Shown piece by piece: positions 36,010-47,930 of a stretch of 64,000 nucleotides of DNA (its first letter is position 1; each line of letters starts with the position of its first letter). The DNA lies in the NCBI GenBank assembly GCA_008632985.1, contig QPGO01000145.1, positions 62,001 through 126,000 on the forward strand, read 5' to 3'. The stretch is from Psammoneis japonica (taxonomy: Eukaryota). Under the pieces are notes generated by a model. That model was not told the origin of the DNA, did not search any database, and saw only the letters and a list, made by a program, of their open reading frames with translations. A program made the translations under genes and the position numbers.

Positions 36010-39000
36010 TCAGCAAGCTCCGCAAGACTTGGGACACAAATCGCTGACAATGGCTGAGCTATTGGTTTCTTCGGAACATCGCCGAGTAGTTTTGCTTGGA
36101 AATGCAGTGGTCCATGCACACCTGACGGAAACGCCACTCTCCTTGAGAATGAAGGAAGCGCCAGTATCCTGGCATTCGTTCTCGTTGTCACTTCCGCAAG
36201 TTCCACATGACTCAGGACAAAGCTGTTCGACGACTGGACCTTGAAATGTTGTTTCCGAGCAACGCCGATCGGTCAAATCAGGAAATTTCTTTGTCCAGTC
36301 GCATTTGACAAAGGTGCCTTGGTAGAGCTCGAAGTTATCGGTGGTGTCTTTGCACGAAAGTGCCGCGGATGGCTGCGCAGAGGCTGTAGGAAGAGATGAT
36401 GGCGCATTTGAAGGTGCCTTCGTGAAGCCAGTGGGCAGCGGACTGGGCAAAGGTAGATCACAATCTCCGCATGACTTGGGACAAAATTCTCTCACAATCT
36501 TCCCATTCAAGGATGCCTCCGCACACCGTCTTTCTGTTTTACTCTCATATGCCGTGACATACCAGCATCCCACAAAAACATCTTTGCGAAGCTCGAACTT
36601 ATCTTCTTCGTCTTCGCAAGTGGTAGGACTGTGTGTCACGACAGTTGTAGGGGTACTAGTGATGGTTGGAAGCTGTGACGGGGCGATCGTTGGTGCAGTA
36701 GTGCCGGAAGGTGGACGCACGTCGCAATCGCCGCAAGACTTCCTGCAATATTCCCTCACAAGCTTGCTGTTGTACGATGACTCCGCGCATCGTCTCTCTG
36801 TCTTTTCTTCGAACGCCGTTACATACCAACATCCTACAAAAACATCTTTTCGAAGCTCAAACTTTTCTTCTTCGTCTTCGCATGTGGTTGGACTGGGCGT
36901 TACAACAGCCGTGGGACTGCTAGTCACAGTTGGAAAGCTTGTCGGGGCAGGGGTCGGCGACAGAGTAGGCCCGTTGGGGGCCGCAATCAAGAAGAGGGCG
37001 TTCCGTTCTGAAATCGTCACAGACTTAGGATTGTGAATCGGCTGACCGTTGTTCATCTTCATCGCCTGATTGTATTGATCCATCCCGTCACTTGGTATGA
37101 GGTCAATCGGTACATCTGATGCATGAAGGCGGTTGTAACCCGTCCTCCCTGGGAATACTTCTTCGAGATCCAAGGTTACGTCGTCAAGCGAGGGATTCAC
37201 AAGTACAACGCCTCGTTCAAATTGACAAGCCAACGTATCAGTGGCAGCATGCACGCTCAAATTACGAATTCGTATGTCTCCTCCGTCTTCAAATCTCACG
37301 CTGAACTCCACAGAACCCGCTCCAGCCCTTCGAACGAGGTAGCCCACCGGAACGTATGTCGCATTTGATATCGTGGCACGCACTCCTCCAGTCTCGTACG
37401 AGCCTGTGATAGTCGGCAACTTGATGTGACGGACCAAAGTCATGTCGTCTGAGCGAGCTTCCATGAGAACAGTGAAATCAGTTAGCTTCGGGAGCTTAAA
37501 CTTGAGCGTGAAAGTAACAAACCCAGAGCCTTTGCCATTTGGACTTATCACCAACTCGTCGCCGTCGACAGACAAATCGGCCCTTAGAATGTCAAGATTT
37601 GGCAGCATTGCTTCAAAGTCGTTTGAACTCGAACTCTTGTAGTTGAGGAGTAGATTCGGCCTCAGAGAAGCGGGACGCACCAGAGATCCAACCTTTCGTC
37701 CGAGCCAGTGAGCTTCCTTTTCGGCTCCCTTGAACAACTCATCTCTTTCCAAAAGTTCCAATCCATCACCTTCGTCCACGTCAGCGGCCAAACCTAGGCA
37801 GGTAGAATACCCATTCAACAAACGATGCAACTGAACTCGAATCTTCTTCTCTTCGCTATTCAGGTACTGAACAAACGCAAGGGACACCATGGGTATGGTC
37901 GAAATCTTTTCCCATGCCAACGCCTCATTTACAGTCCGAGAAACTTCCCGCCATGGATCATGCGGGCGAGCCAAGCCCTCTTGGTTCAACCCATTAATGA
38001 ATCCAAGCATGGTGTAATCCAGTTCTGAAGTCAAAACACGGTCGCTAGTTAGCACCTTCCAGACTCGTTCATAAAAGGTTCGAACTCCATCTCGATAGAC
38101 ACTGCTATCATCGGCTTCTCCATCAACGTCGTAATCTGCATTGATGGGATCCACGTTCAAGGGGCCACTCGCCAAATCCAATCCACCAATGTTGCTCAAT
38201 GCCCCACCGACATCCAAAGGACCAACCATTTCTTCCAAAATGACATCCATGGCAGAACGACCTTCCGAATCGAGGGGACAAAACTCGGAATAGTTGAAGA
38301 ACCAGTCCGTGTAGTCTGCGTGAACACGAACATCATAGGGCATGGGAGCAATGTAGGTATTCCCGCTCGGAAAGGCTCGCGCCTGAGGACTACCATTGAA
38401 TTCTCTCTTGACAGTAATGGTGTCGCCATTCACCTTGTTGATCAACACGTACTCAAAGCGATCCCAGAGTTTGTTTCCACCATTGTCCGTTTCCACCAGC
38501 AACGCCGGTCCCACGGCCATCTTGGTGCCATCCGCAACTTGTAGCGTCGTGTCGGTGGAGGATATGCTCGATTCGAGATTGCTTCCTGGACTCAAGACAA
38601 AGTGCCCTGGAAACTCAATGACACTCTCTCCGAGTGGATCACCATTGGCTTCCGCGTCCTTACCCTTGGGGTTACCACTCGCAGCTCTCCATGTACTCAT
38701 CATCAGCATACTGGGGTTTTCGTCAGCAAACCGATTGGCATAGTCATAGTTTTCAGGAGCAAACCGCAAGACGTTTGTCTGCAAATCGACCGGAAAGCCC
38801 TCGGGCATAAACTGATGTCTCTTCCAAATATCATAGTTCCGAACAGGACTGAGTTCAGCACAAGCAACGAAACGAGTGTGAGTTGCAGTTGTGGTTTGAC
38901 CATGTTGCAACGAAAAGGTCACGCAGTAGAAACTCACTTGCGAGGGCCTTCTCGAAACTGAGCAGTGAGGGGATACTCCCCGGCAAACACGGACTTTACC

Positions 39001-39014
39001 ACCGCTGCTGCCAT
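36010..39014 (-). CDS. Large, probably extracellular protein: putative glycoside-hydrolase-like region, Pro/Thr linkers and four Cys-rich repeats ending CPKSCGxC; intron 38849-38937
   Basis: 975-codon ORF; FERGVVLVNPS; PTPAPTSFPT linkers; four C.D....F.L.......C.W.......RRC.........E.C..SCG.C units. Start codon uncertain. Confidence 0.75.
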
Positions 39015-39889
39015 TGTCGGTGATGGATATGGCGATGCTCAGCCAGAAAGCCGTCCAGGAGAAATATGAAAATAAGAATGAACTGCGTAGTCACTCTCAC
39101 TTTTTTGTGCCTTTCACCGTGTGCCGCCACCGAGAGTGGAAAACAAGTATGACTCTTTTGGAAGAGCCTTTCTCCTAAAAGTGCGGGACCAAACCATAGT
39201 AACGTTGAATCATTCATCTGCATCCCCGCGTGAGTCATGGCGGGATACGTCCGTTGACGATTGAACAGACACAGTCAAACTCATGTGCATCGACACACAT
39301 ACAATCGGGCAACGGAGTTGAGTGAAGAGAAACGTCATGGGATTCCGTTTTCTTACAAACACAAATGAACCAACCGATGAGTCATGCGATACCTGTAGTG
39401 TCATACAGTAGAGCGTAAGACACCATTGCGAATGCATGTTGCCGAGTTGACGGTTAAGTGGGGTGACCATTGACCATCATCATGTTGTGAAGTAAAAAGT
39501 GAAGTCGTGGGCACGTGAACGTGAGTCGTCGTACTTGTAGCCTTGAGTCCAGTTGAACGGGATTTCGTTCAAATCGAGCTCGGTGAAGCGATCTGCTCTA
39601 CGTGTGCTATGGTACAAACCTGTAGTGGCATGGTGTTAACATATATATAATGAATAAAAGGGTACAAAAATGTGGACATTTTCAAAAAGAAATGCTGCAT
39701 ATAAAATATACAAGAAATAACATTTGAATAAACGTCGAAAAACGAAAAACCCGCGCGAGCCGGACGCAAAATCTGAAACAAGTCATCGGAGCTCGAGTCG
39801 ATGTTGGCCAGTTGCGTAGAATGTACGCTGAACATGTACCAGGGAAACCCGGATATGTGGCCAACTTTGGCCAAAGCTGGACACAAGGT

Positions 39890-41193
39890 CGTCGTGACAA
39901 TTCACACTCCTTTCTTCACAGGCGTGTGTGCTCTGAGAAAGCTGAAACGGCTCGCTCGCTCGATAAGCCATGTGCACTGGTACAAAAATCACGTAGAATT
40001 TTTATGTAGAAAAAATTAAAAAATCAGGGTTTGGGCCGATTTTTTTTCTCGTGCTTCTACCGTGCTTCTCGGCTCCACCGACGCCTCAAGGAATCGTTTT
40101 CCCCTGAAACCATTGACAATTTACATGATGACTTTTGTCTAAGTAACACGATTCTGTACATGAACACTTCAAAATTCCATTTTCAGAAATTCGATCAACA
40201 CTTCACTGCTGTCCCACCACGGTGAACATTTTCCAACGATGGAATTTTGCCGAACGGTGGACATCGTCATGTTTGTCATCAAAAAGTAAGTACGCAAAGT
40301 GTCAACCATTATGACTGAAATCTATTCCTTGAGGTCCTGGCCTATTTTTCGCAAAGCACGGGAAAAGCACGACGAACAAGATGTGCTACGTGAATTTTCT
40401 ACGTGAGTTTTGTACCAGAAATCGGCCCAAACCCTGTTTTCTGGGACTCATAACCCCTGCACATGGCTTATTCACCCCTCGAGCTCTGCTCTGCGCTCTG
40501 TCGTGTACCTCCTGCCGTGAGGGTGCATGTCCAAGCAGCGTGCCGCACCAGCAGCAACAACCATGTAAAAACCCCATGACGAGTGAGAACAAGAATTTCG
40601 CGAGAGCAAGGATGAGTGGAAGACTGGTCAAAAGATGAGGGGTGGCAAGGAAAGAAAAGCAGCAAAGGCCACGGACAGATTGCGCGGCGAGGGGCGCAGC
40701 ATGCTCTCCACACTTGCAGGCACCACTGCTGATGAGTCAGTGGAAATCAGCATTTCCAGGCCAGCTGCCCAGCACTTCAGTGACAAGCCACCACCACAGC
40801 ACAAGCAGCCGCCCCCACTGTGTTCTCTTGGAGAGACACCACCACAGCTGCCTGCTTTTTGAGACAACAGATGGGACTCAGATTGGGTGCGCAAAGGGGA
40901 GGATCTTGTGACAAAATCATGCTCTGAAGAAGAAAGAGATGATGGTGACTTGCTTCAAACACTGCTGAGATGAATGAATGGGAAACTGACAAATTTAAAA
41001 GGTGCCAAAATTGAGCCAGTCAGTTGCCCCTGTTCAGGGTCCAGAGCCACCCAACTTGGAGTGCACTTGTCTGCAAGACAGTGGCCCATGTCAGATGTTG
41101 GGCCAGCTTTGCTTTCTTGCCACATTTGCTGGTGTCAGCCACCTTGCCAGTGGAGAGAAATGTGCCAGCCAGGAGCCATCAATTGTCAAAACA
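39890..41193. mobile_element. Dispersed repeat, copy A, with short terminal inverted ends (..tgacaatt / aattgtcaaaaca), interrupted by a MITE
   Basis: Colinear with 47931-49737, from tgacaattcacactcctttcttcacaggcgtgtgtgctctgagaaa to gccatcaattgtcaaaaca. Confidence 0.8.
39966..40468. mobile_element. MITE with TIR agccatgtgca, TA flanks and long subterminal inverted blocks
   Basis: ta|agccatgtgca ... tgcacatggct|ta; absent from repeat copy B. Inverted blocks ctggtacaaaa.tcacgtagaa and cagggtttgggccgattt. Confidence 0.8.
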
Positions 41194-43603
41194 ATTCAAT
41201 TCAATCTTGACAATTGCGCAGCCTTTTCTGACTGCAGCCTGTGAGAAGTTTTTGCAACGCCTGGCATGCCTTTCAATCCACAACCATGGACAGGGTCAGA
41301 GTGTGTGTGCATGACAAAACAAACACAAATCTGCGTTTGCAGTTGTGGGTGGATGCACTGCAAACAACTGACAATCCTTGGAGCATCAATCAGCATCAAG
41401 GGATGCAACAGCCAAACCAGTGACTGACACTGGCTGCTTCAAGCCAGTGTCTCTTGCAGTCCTGATCCTCTGCCAGAACTTGTTCCAAGGGCTTGACAAA
41501 CCATCCAGACAGATGGTGATGAGAGATGGGGTTGTTGTGGAAGGTCCCGTGTTCTTCTTCTGCTTTCTGTCTAAAATGCCATTGATCTGCAGCGAAGTTT
41601 CTGACATTTCCAACTCATCCTCTTTCTTCCGGTGCCTCCACATGTCCCAGGCAATGGCCCACAATTGAGCTGTCAAACCTGATGCCCAGCACAGTCCTGT
41701 GGTCCTTCTTTCCAGATGTTTGCAGTGCAACTGTTGTGCATGCGCCCACTCAACAACTGGAAAACCTCCAGCAAGGGAGTGCTTGCCCAGAGATTCTTGA
41801 GCCACAAAAGCTGACTCCACCAAGGGATGTTCTGATGAAATTGCAGGTGCAGGAAGTTTGTCATGCCATGTGGACAGGAACCTGATTGCTCCCCTTTTTG
41901 TCTCTGGGTGTGTGCGCTGTTTTGCCAGCCAATCTTCGAGCTCCTCCGAAAGCTTCTTGCTCCACAATTCTTGCATTGAAAAGGATTTACACCAAAGCAT
42001 GTGATCAATGCTGTTTTCTACTTTTCCACATTGTGGACATGCTGCTGTTTCAATCTTCCCCCAATGGCGCAGGTTGCTTTTTGTGGGAACAAAGCCCGTG
42101 GACCATTTCAGTTGCCAGAGTTGCCGGAAAGTGGGGCTTCCATTCATTGCCTTCCCAAGAGCCACCCAGACAATCTCCATGTGGACTGGCTCTGCTCTCA
42201 GCTTTTTGCTCCAACATTTGTCTGTGGGAGGTCCACAGATGTGATCCACTGAAGCCTGCTTGTCCCAGTTTGTCAGAGCCATTCCTCCAGCGGACATGTT
42301 CCAAACCGTTGGTGTCATCTCACAGTGTTGAAAGTGCTCAGTTCCTTTCAGTGCCTCCCAGTGTGCTTTGGCCAACAAATCCATCTCCACATTTAGAACC
42401 TCTGACAGCTGACTGAGTTGTGAGTCATGAGCTGTGCATGCCTGTGATGTGGATCACAGTCACACACCCAGTGGACAGACATTGGGACACTCAGTTGGCG
42501 GAAGATCTGATCGGATTCTCCTCCGCTCACTTTCTTTCTGACTGGTGCCATGTTGTCATCACTGTCCTGGTGCACATTAGATTGTGCCAGCAGACCCTCT
42601 GTCCATTGGGTTGTGACCACATCATGCTAATCCTCCATCACCGGAGTGCCCACAAAAAGCAAAATCTGTGCCACGGAGTGCCATTTTCGTCGAGAAAATG
42701 CCATCTCTGTCTCGCAAATTTTCCCACCAATTGCACTTGGAGGACCATCTCAGACATGGCAGAGCTCTATGCAGCCTTTTTTGTGCACCACCATGATGAC
42801 TTCATCAACTGAACCTGTCCATTTGACACAGATGGAGTCCATGCTCTTCAAATTTGGACCCAACTCTGCTCATCCTGATGCCCACACTCACCTGAACAAC
42901 TTGCGTTTGGACAAAATTTCAGATCCTTCAGTCATTGTGAATGGCGTCACACCACCAAACCTCATTGATGACATTGTCAAGATCTCACGCCAAGAACACA
43001 TCAACCAGGTTGTTGTGCCCCTGGCCACAACAACTGCAGACACAGCATGCATTGGACCTGTCACTGAACAAGCCAACCTCAAAGTTCATGCCCCTGAACA
43101 ATGCAAGACCCATCTCAACCAACTGACACCTCACAAAGCAATGTCTGAAGCTGTCAAAGCACAAGAAGACACAATGATCATTGTCACAGTCAGTGCCCAC
43201 CACCTCCACTTTGCTGAAAAGGAGTGTGAGTGCAAGAGCTGAGGTGATGTCAGCACCACCCCTTTCACTGATGACACTGTGAAACCAACTGCGGACACAA
43301 AGTCAGCGCCCCACAATGCTCCTGCGGGAACAGCTGAAGAGTTTGCCAAGGCACTGGCAAAACATTTGCCAGGTCCCAAGCCATGCGAAGATGCTGTTGA
43401 CCACGCTGACAAGAAAATGCCAACCACTGCCAGCACCCCTGCACCATCTTTTGGCAGATCCACTCTTGTGTTCATGTTTGGTCCTGCAGGACTGCCCAGA
43501 AATGTCAAAGATCGATGTGATTGCAAACAGAAAGGACAGCCAGGAAACCACCAACCCAGACATCTTCACATTTTTAAATTGTGGTTTCTTCCCATGGACA
43601 AAT

Positions 43604-44048
43604 TGCAGCATGCATGCAGACAAAAGGTCATTTTGTCACACCCTTTGTGACATTTAAAGGCTGTGACACGTCGCCGTGATACATTGACTCTCATTGGTGG
43701 CTGTGCATTGCACTCCTCCCCATGTGTCACGCGTCCATGCGGCTCTTTACTAACATGCACTGACACTGCACGGTTTTGGCGGAACAGTGTGGGCACGCAC
43801 GAAGGAACGTGCAGAACTGCACAGAGTTTTACGCGTTCGACAGTGATCAACGTTGCTGCAGACAACTCCCACTCAGGGTTTCGAACCCCTGGCCTCCTGC
43901 CCAATGGTTGCGATGAACCACTCCGCTGTGAATTCACAATGCAGCATGCATGCAGACAAAAGGTCATTTTGTCACGCCCTTTGTGACATTTAAAGGCTGC
44001 AACACGTCACCGTGATGCACTGGCTCTTGTCAGCAGCTGTGTGTTGCA
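43604..44048. repeat. 109-bp direct repeats (43604-43712 and 43940-44048), 336-bp period
   Basis: Ungapped alignment; all differences are transitions. Confidence 0.9.
43866..43935 (-). other. tRNA-like (SINE-head-like) relic
   Basis: Minus strand has A-box-like agcggagtggtt and B-box ggttcgaaaccc; no complete cloverleaf. Confidence 0.4.
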
Positions 44049-45771
44049 AGGTGGCATGTCATCAATGCTTCTTGCCAGAGGTGCCAGCTTGAGGAAGAAG
44101 GGTGTCCTGCCTCAGGCCACACACATGGCTTGTGTCACATTGGTGCTCCCCATTCCAAAACTGTGGCAGAATTCGAAGCCTGTCTCCACTCGCGATGTCC
44201 GAGATGCAAGTTGCATTCATCCACATTCTGCAGTTGTTGATTTTCCCAAGCTCTTGTCGGGCACCAGGGCTCCTCCCGTGGCTCGCATGCCTCCTTCCCA
44301 GCAGTCTGTCATCAACTGAAGTCCTAAAATCACTTCTTGACAGGATGCATTTGCATCTTGTTCGGGTGTGAAAGGTGGATCTGTGTTGTCCACAAAGGCA
44401 CAACAGATGCAATGAAAGACCTGACGTGTGATCGGTGTCACCGCATGTGCTCCATGTCCTTCTGCCCGTGACACACCATTTGCCTGTGCACTCACAAGAA
44501 GCCAGATTGCTGGAGCAGCACCACATCCTTAGAAGATGCCTTGCAAATGAATTTCAAGTGCTGTGTGTGCTTCTTTGGAATCCCTGTAGATGGCTCTGAT
44601 GCAGCAGCGCTGCATCTGATGCAGGGTGCCCAGCACGGCAAATGCCAGGTCCTCTCCTGCCCCACAGAACATCATGTGTGTGGCCGCAATGGTGCGCAGC
44701 ATCCTGTCACAATGTGATTTCATGTCAGTGCTGTTTGTGGCTCCTGCTTTGTGCAATGGACGGAACATGTCTCCAGTCAGTGCCTTGTCAAGGGCACAGT
44801 GGATGGGGGCTCTGTGACGTTTCCTGCTTCCGCAAGCTTCCCACGGGGGATTGACTTGTGTGTCTCAGCCTGTCGTGCCAATGCCATTCTGCAATGCTTG
44901 TTCATTTGATCAAACACTGCATCAAAGAGGACAACAGTGTGGAACTTCTTCACATGGGAGGAGTTGGATTTCTTGGGGATCATGATGTCTGCCGCTTTAG
45001 CCCAACTTCTTGGTGTGCATCCATGTTTCACTGGAATGGCTGCCACACAGGCATCGGACTCAGCAACTGTGGGATTTTGAGACCCAGCTTTGCAGCCGGC
45101 AAAGGATGGACCAAAGGGGCTGCTGGACATCTGAGCTCTCATTTTCTTCCAGCCAGTGACATGCTCTTCAGTTGTGTGCAGCATGCAAAGCTCTGGCACT
45201 GGCGGTTCAGGACATTGGAGCTGACGGAGAAACTTGGTTGCACGCTCATTGGCTCCCGGGGGAATCTTGTGCATTCCCTCTAATGCTTCATTGGCTGCTG
45301 GAGTGTTTGCGAGGTGTCCAAAGTCTGAGAGAAGAGGTTCCTTCATGAACGGCACTTCGCACCCTTTTTCGAAGGTTTGCCCGCATCGGGACATTCCCTC
45401 TCTGCCACATGTTCTTTCCATGTCTCTCTTGGTGCAGCACTCTCGGTCTCGGCCCGAGTTGTCTTGTGCCGTCACCACCTGCAGCACTGGTCCAGCTTTC
45501 CCTGTGACCTGTTTTATCCGCCTAAATGCTCTCTTCTGATGACAAGCATGTCCCAGGATCCTCTCTTCCTGCTCGTGTTCATCAAAGTAGATGGCAGACG
45601 ATTGCAAGAGTGAACAAGACGAGTGGGACGAGGCCGCGATGTAGGTTCCATAGAATAGCTGTTCGTTAGGCGAGCGTTAAACGAAAATGCAGCTTTTAAT
45701 GCTCTGCTGAAGAGGCGCTGTACTCAGGTCTTAGTCATTCGACATCATACACCAATACTATGATTTACTAG

Positions 45772-47904
45772 CTAGTGTTGTGAAAAGTAATTACGTCCTC
45801 CTCTAGAGGAGGCATTCGGAAGGGGGAGCACAATCGGAAGTGCTGACACCGGAATCGATTGGGACGCAAAGGCAGCAAACAAAGGAGCCAATCGAACCAA
45901 TTCCCGGGCCAGCCAAACGTCATTGAGAATTTTTTGGTCACCTTGCCGCCGTTCCGAATATTTGAGAATGGTTTTGATGTGTTCTCGCTCAACCCCGTCA
46001 GGCAGTGCCTCTCGCAGTAGCAATAGCTTCTTGTAGGGACGACGAAGCAATACATTGTTCGCATAGTTGCGAGCTGCTTCGCCGTCTACACCAGCATGAC
46101 TGGGTTTGTCGCGGAACAAGTTACTCTGTTCGAACACTTCGCGCCCGCCCGTTTCTACAAGACCTAAAACAACCGCCAAAAGCTGTCGTGCCAAACTCTT
46201 TGGTACAACTGAAATGTGAGCCCCCGATTGAATGGCAGCAGCCACAATATGCATGTCAACTCGCAATTTTGTAGCGATATGTTTAAGGGCGCCTGCATCA
46301 CTACGGACCGCAGCCAACGCAATTTGACGATCCTCTTGCAGGTCCCTGGAGGCATACTTTATAGCAATTCCACATGTTTTTACTGCAGCCATGACGATTT
46401 CCCGATTGCCTTGTAGTCTTGCTGAAGCGTATGTCAGTTCAGGTTCGTCGTTATACATTTTGAGCCACTTTTCCTCTTCTGCCACGGAGGAAGGTTTGGT
46501 GCGTCCGTTGCCATGCTGGACGGCTTGCATCACAAAGTCATAATGATCGTTCATTGTGCAAGAGACATGTCTCAATGAAAATGTGTCGTTTGCCAACACA
46601 ACGCCCACAAGTTGTGGATCACTCCACAGCTGTGAGTGGGCGTATTCGATTGCCTTCCAATCCCGCTGGATGGCTCGCAAGACAATCTCACGATCACTCC
46701 GCCAGCACTGTCCCAACAAGTCGTCTCGGAGCACGGCTACATCGGCGACACTGACAGCCTACAACGCAAATGCCCGGTCGCGTTTCAGCGTGTCTGACGC
46801 ATGCCTTGCATACACAAACCACTCCTGGATCCCCGCCAAAATGATTTCTGGATTGGATTTGAACTTATCGCGCACGAAGTGAAGGTTGAATGCACTGTGT
46901 CTGACTAGTGCCAAGACCATTTCTTGATCATCATCAACATGCCTGGCGATTGATCTATTTTTCTTGGTCAGCTCCACAACAAATTTTGTATCTTTTTTGA
47001 GTTCTGGTGACATGTGTTGAAAACTATTGTCGTCGTCGCCGAACATCTTTTCACCGGTTTCGACTGCCAGTTTCACCACCTCTCGGTCGTTCTTGAGTGT
47101 GTCGGAAGCAAACTGAAAAGAAAAGCTACCCTCCTTCAACGCTTTCATGACGAGGGCTTTGTGATTCCGAAGGTTCTCGAGCGAATATCCTTCTTTGCGA
47201 ATGGCTTCCTCAACAATAGCTTTTTCTCCCTGGAGCTGCTGGGATGCAAACTGCAGTGAGCACCCGTCATGCTTCACCGCAGCCTGCACAATGGCACGGT
47301 TGTTGCGCATGGCTTCTGAAGCAAATTCGAGCGCTGATCCGTTCGTTGTGACAGCGAGCATAACCACCTCCTCGTCGTTTTGCAGATTCGTAGAGGCAAA
47401 CTGGAGGATGCTCTTGTCGTGTGGTCCATACGACGACCAAAGTTCTTCACTTCTCCTCAAGGCGGTCAGAACCACGTCACGGTCGTCCTTGAGATTCTTA
47501 GAAGCATACTGCAAGGCACGAGGGTTCTGCTTCACAGCTGCCCTAACGACAAATTTCGTGTCCTTGACATGTGGCGAAGCATGACGCAAGGCACGTCCAT
47601 CGTGGTACACGATAATCGCCATGACAATTGGATCAGTGGCATTTTTTCGAATGTAGTATTCCCCTGATTCCTTCAGACGTTTTGGGACATCCTTTTCGAA
47701 AAATTCTTTGTGCTTTTGCTTTGCTCTATCATTGGCTTCTTCCTCTGGGTTGGCATTCACGCGCTGCCGTTTTGCAGCTGGTGGTGATGCTTCTTCTTCT
47801 ACGTCATGTTTCATTTTATCGTGGCGATTCTTGCTCTTCCCCCACCCAGCGGGTGGCACCACGACGGGCACCTTATCATTTTCATTCGACGCCATGGTGG
47901 CCAT
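45772..47904 (-). pseudogene. DUF4116-repeat protein with one in-frame TAG at 46759-46761
   Basis: Many ALQYAS.NLK.DR.VVL.AV-type repeats. ORFs 46759-48153 and 45772-46734 share one frame separated only by TAG (FAL*AV). Likely ATG at 47904. Confidence 0.75.
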
Positions 47905-47930
47905 GGTGTCTGTTTTGTGTCTCTGCGCCG

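Larger units (their letters stand above)
41330..45560 (-). mobile_element. Degenerate non-LTR retrotransposon (RT plus C-terminal CCHC), interrupted by unrelated sequence at about 42630-44050
   Basis: RT relics MIPKK, DMKSHCDRM, LQGIF*GCGAAPAIW and CAFVDNTD; C-terminal CPQCGKVENSIDHMLWC and LWAIAWDMWRHR. Confidence 0.85.

Noticed and set aside
43604..44048. CRISPR-like array
   Set aside because: Only two 109-bp repeats, eukaryotic context, no cas genes.
46759..46761. TAG reassignment (alternative genetic code)
   Set aside because: Many other genes in the window terminate normally at TAG.
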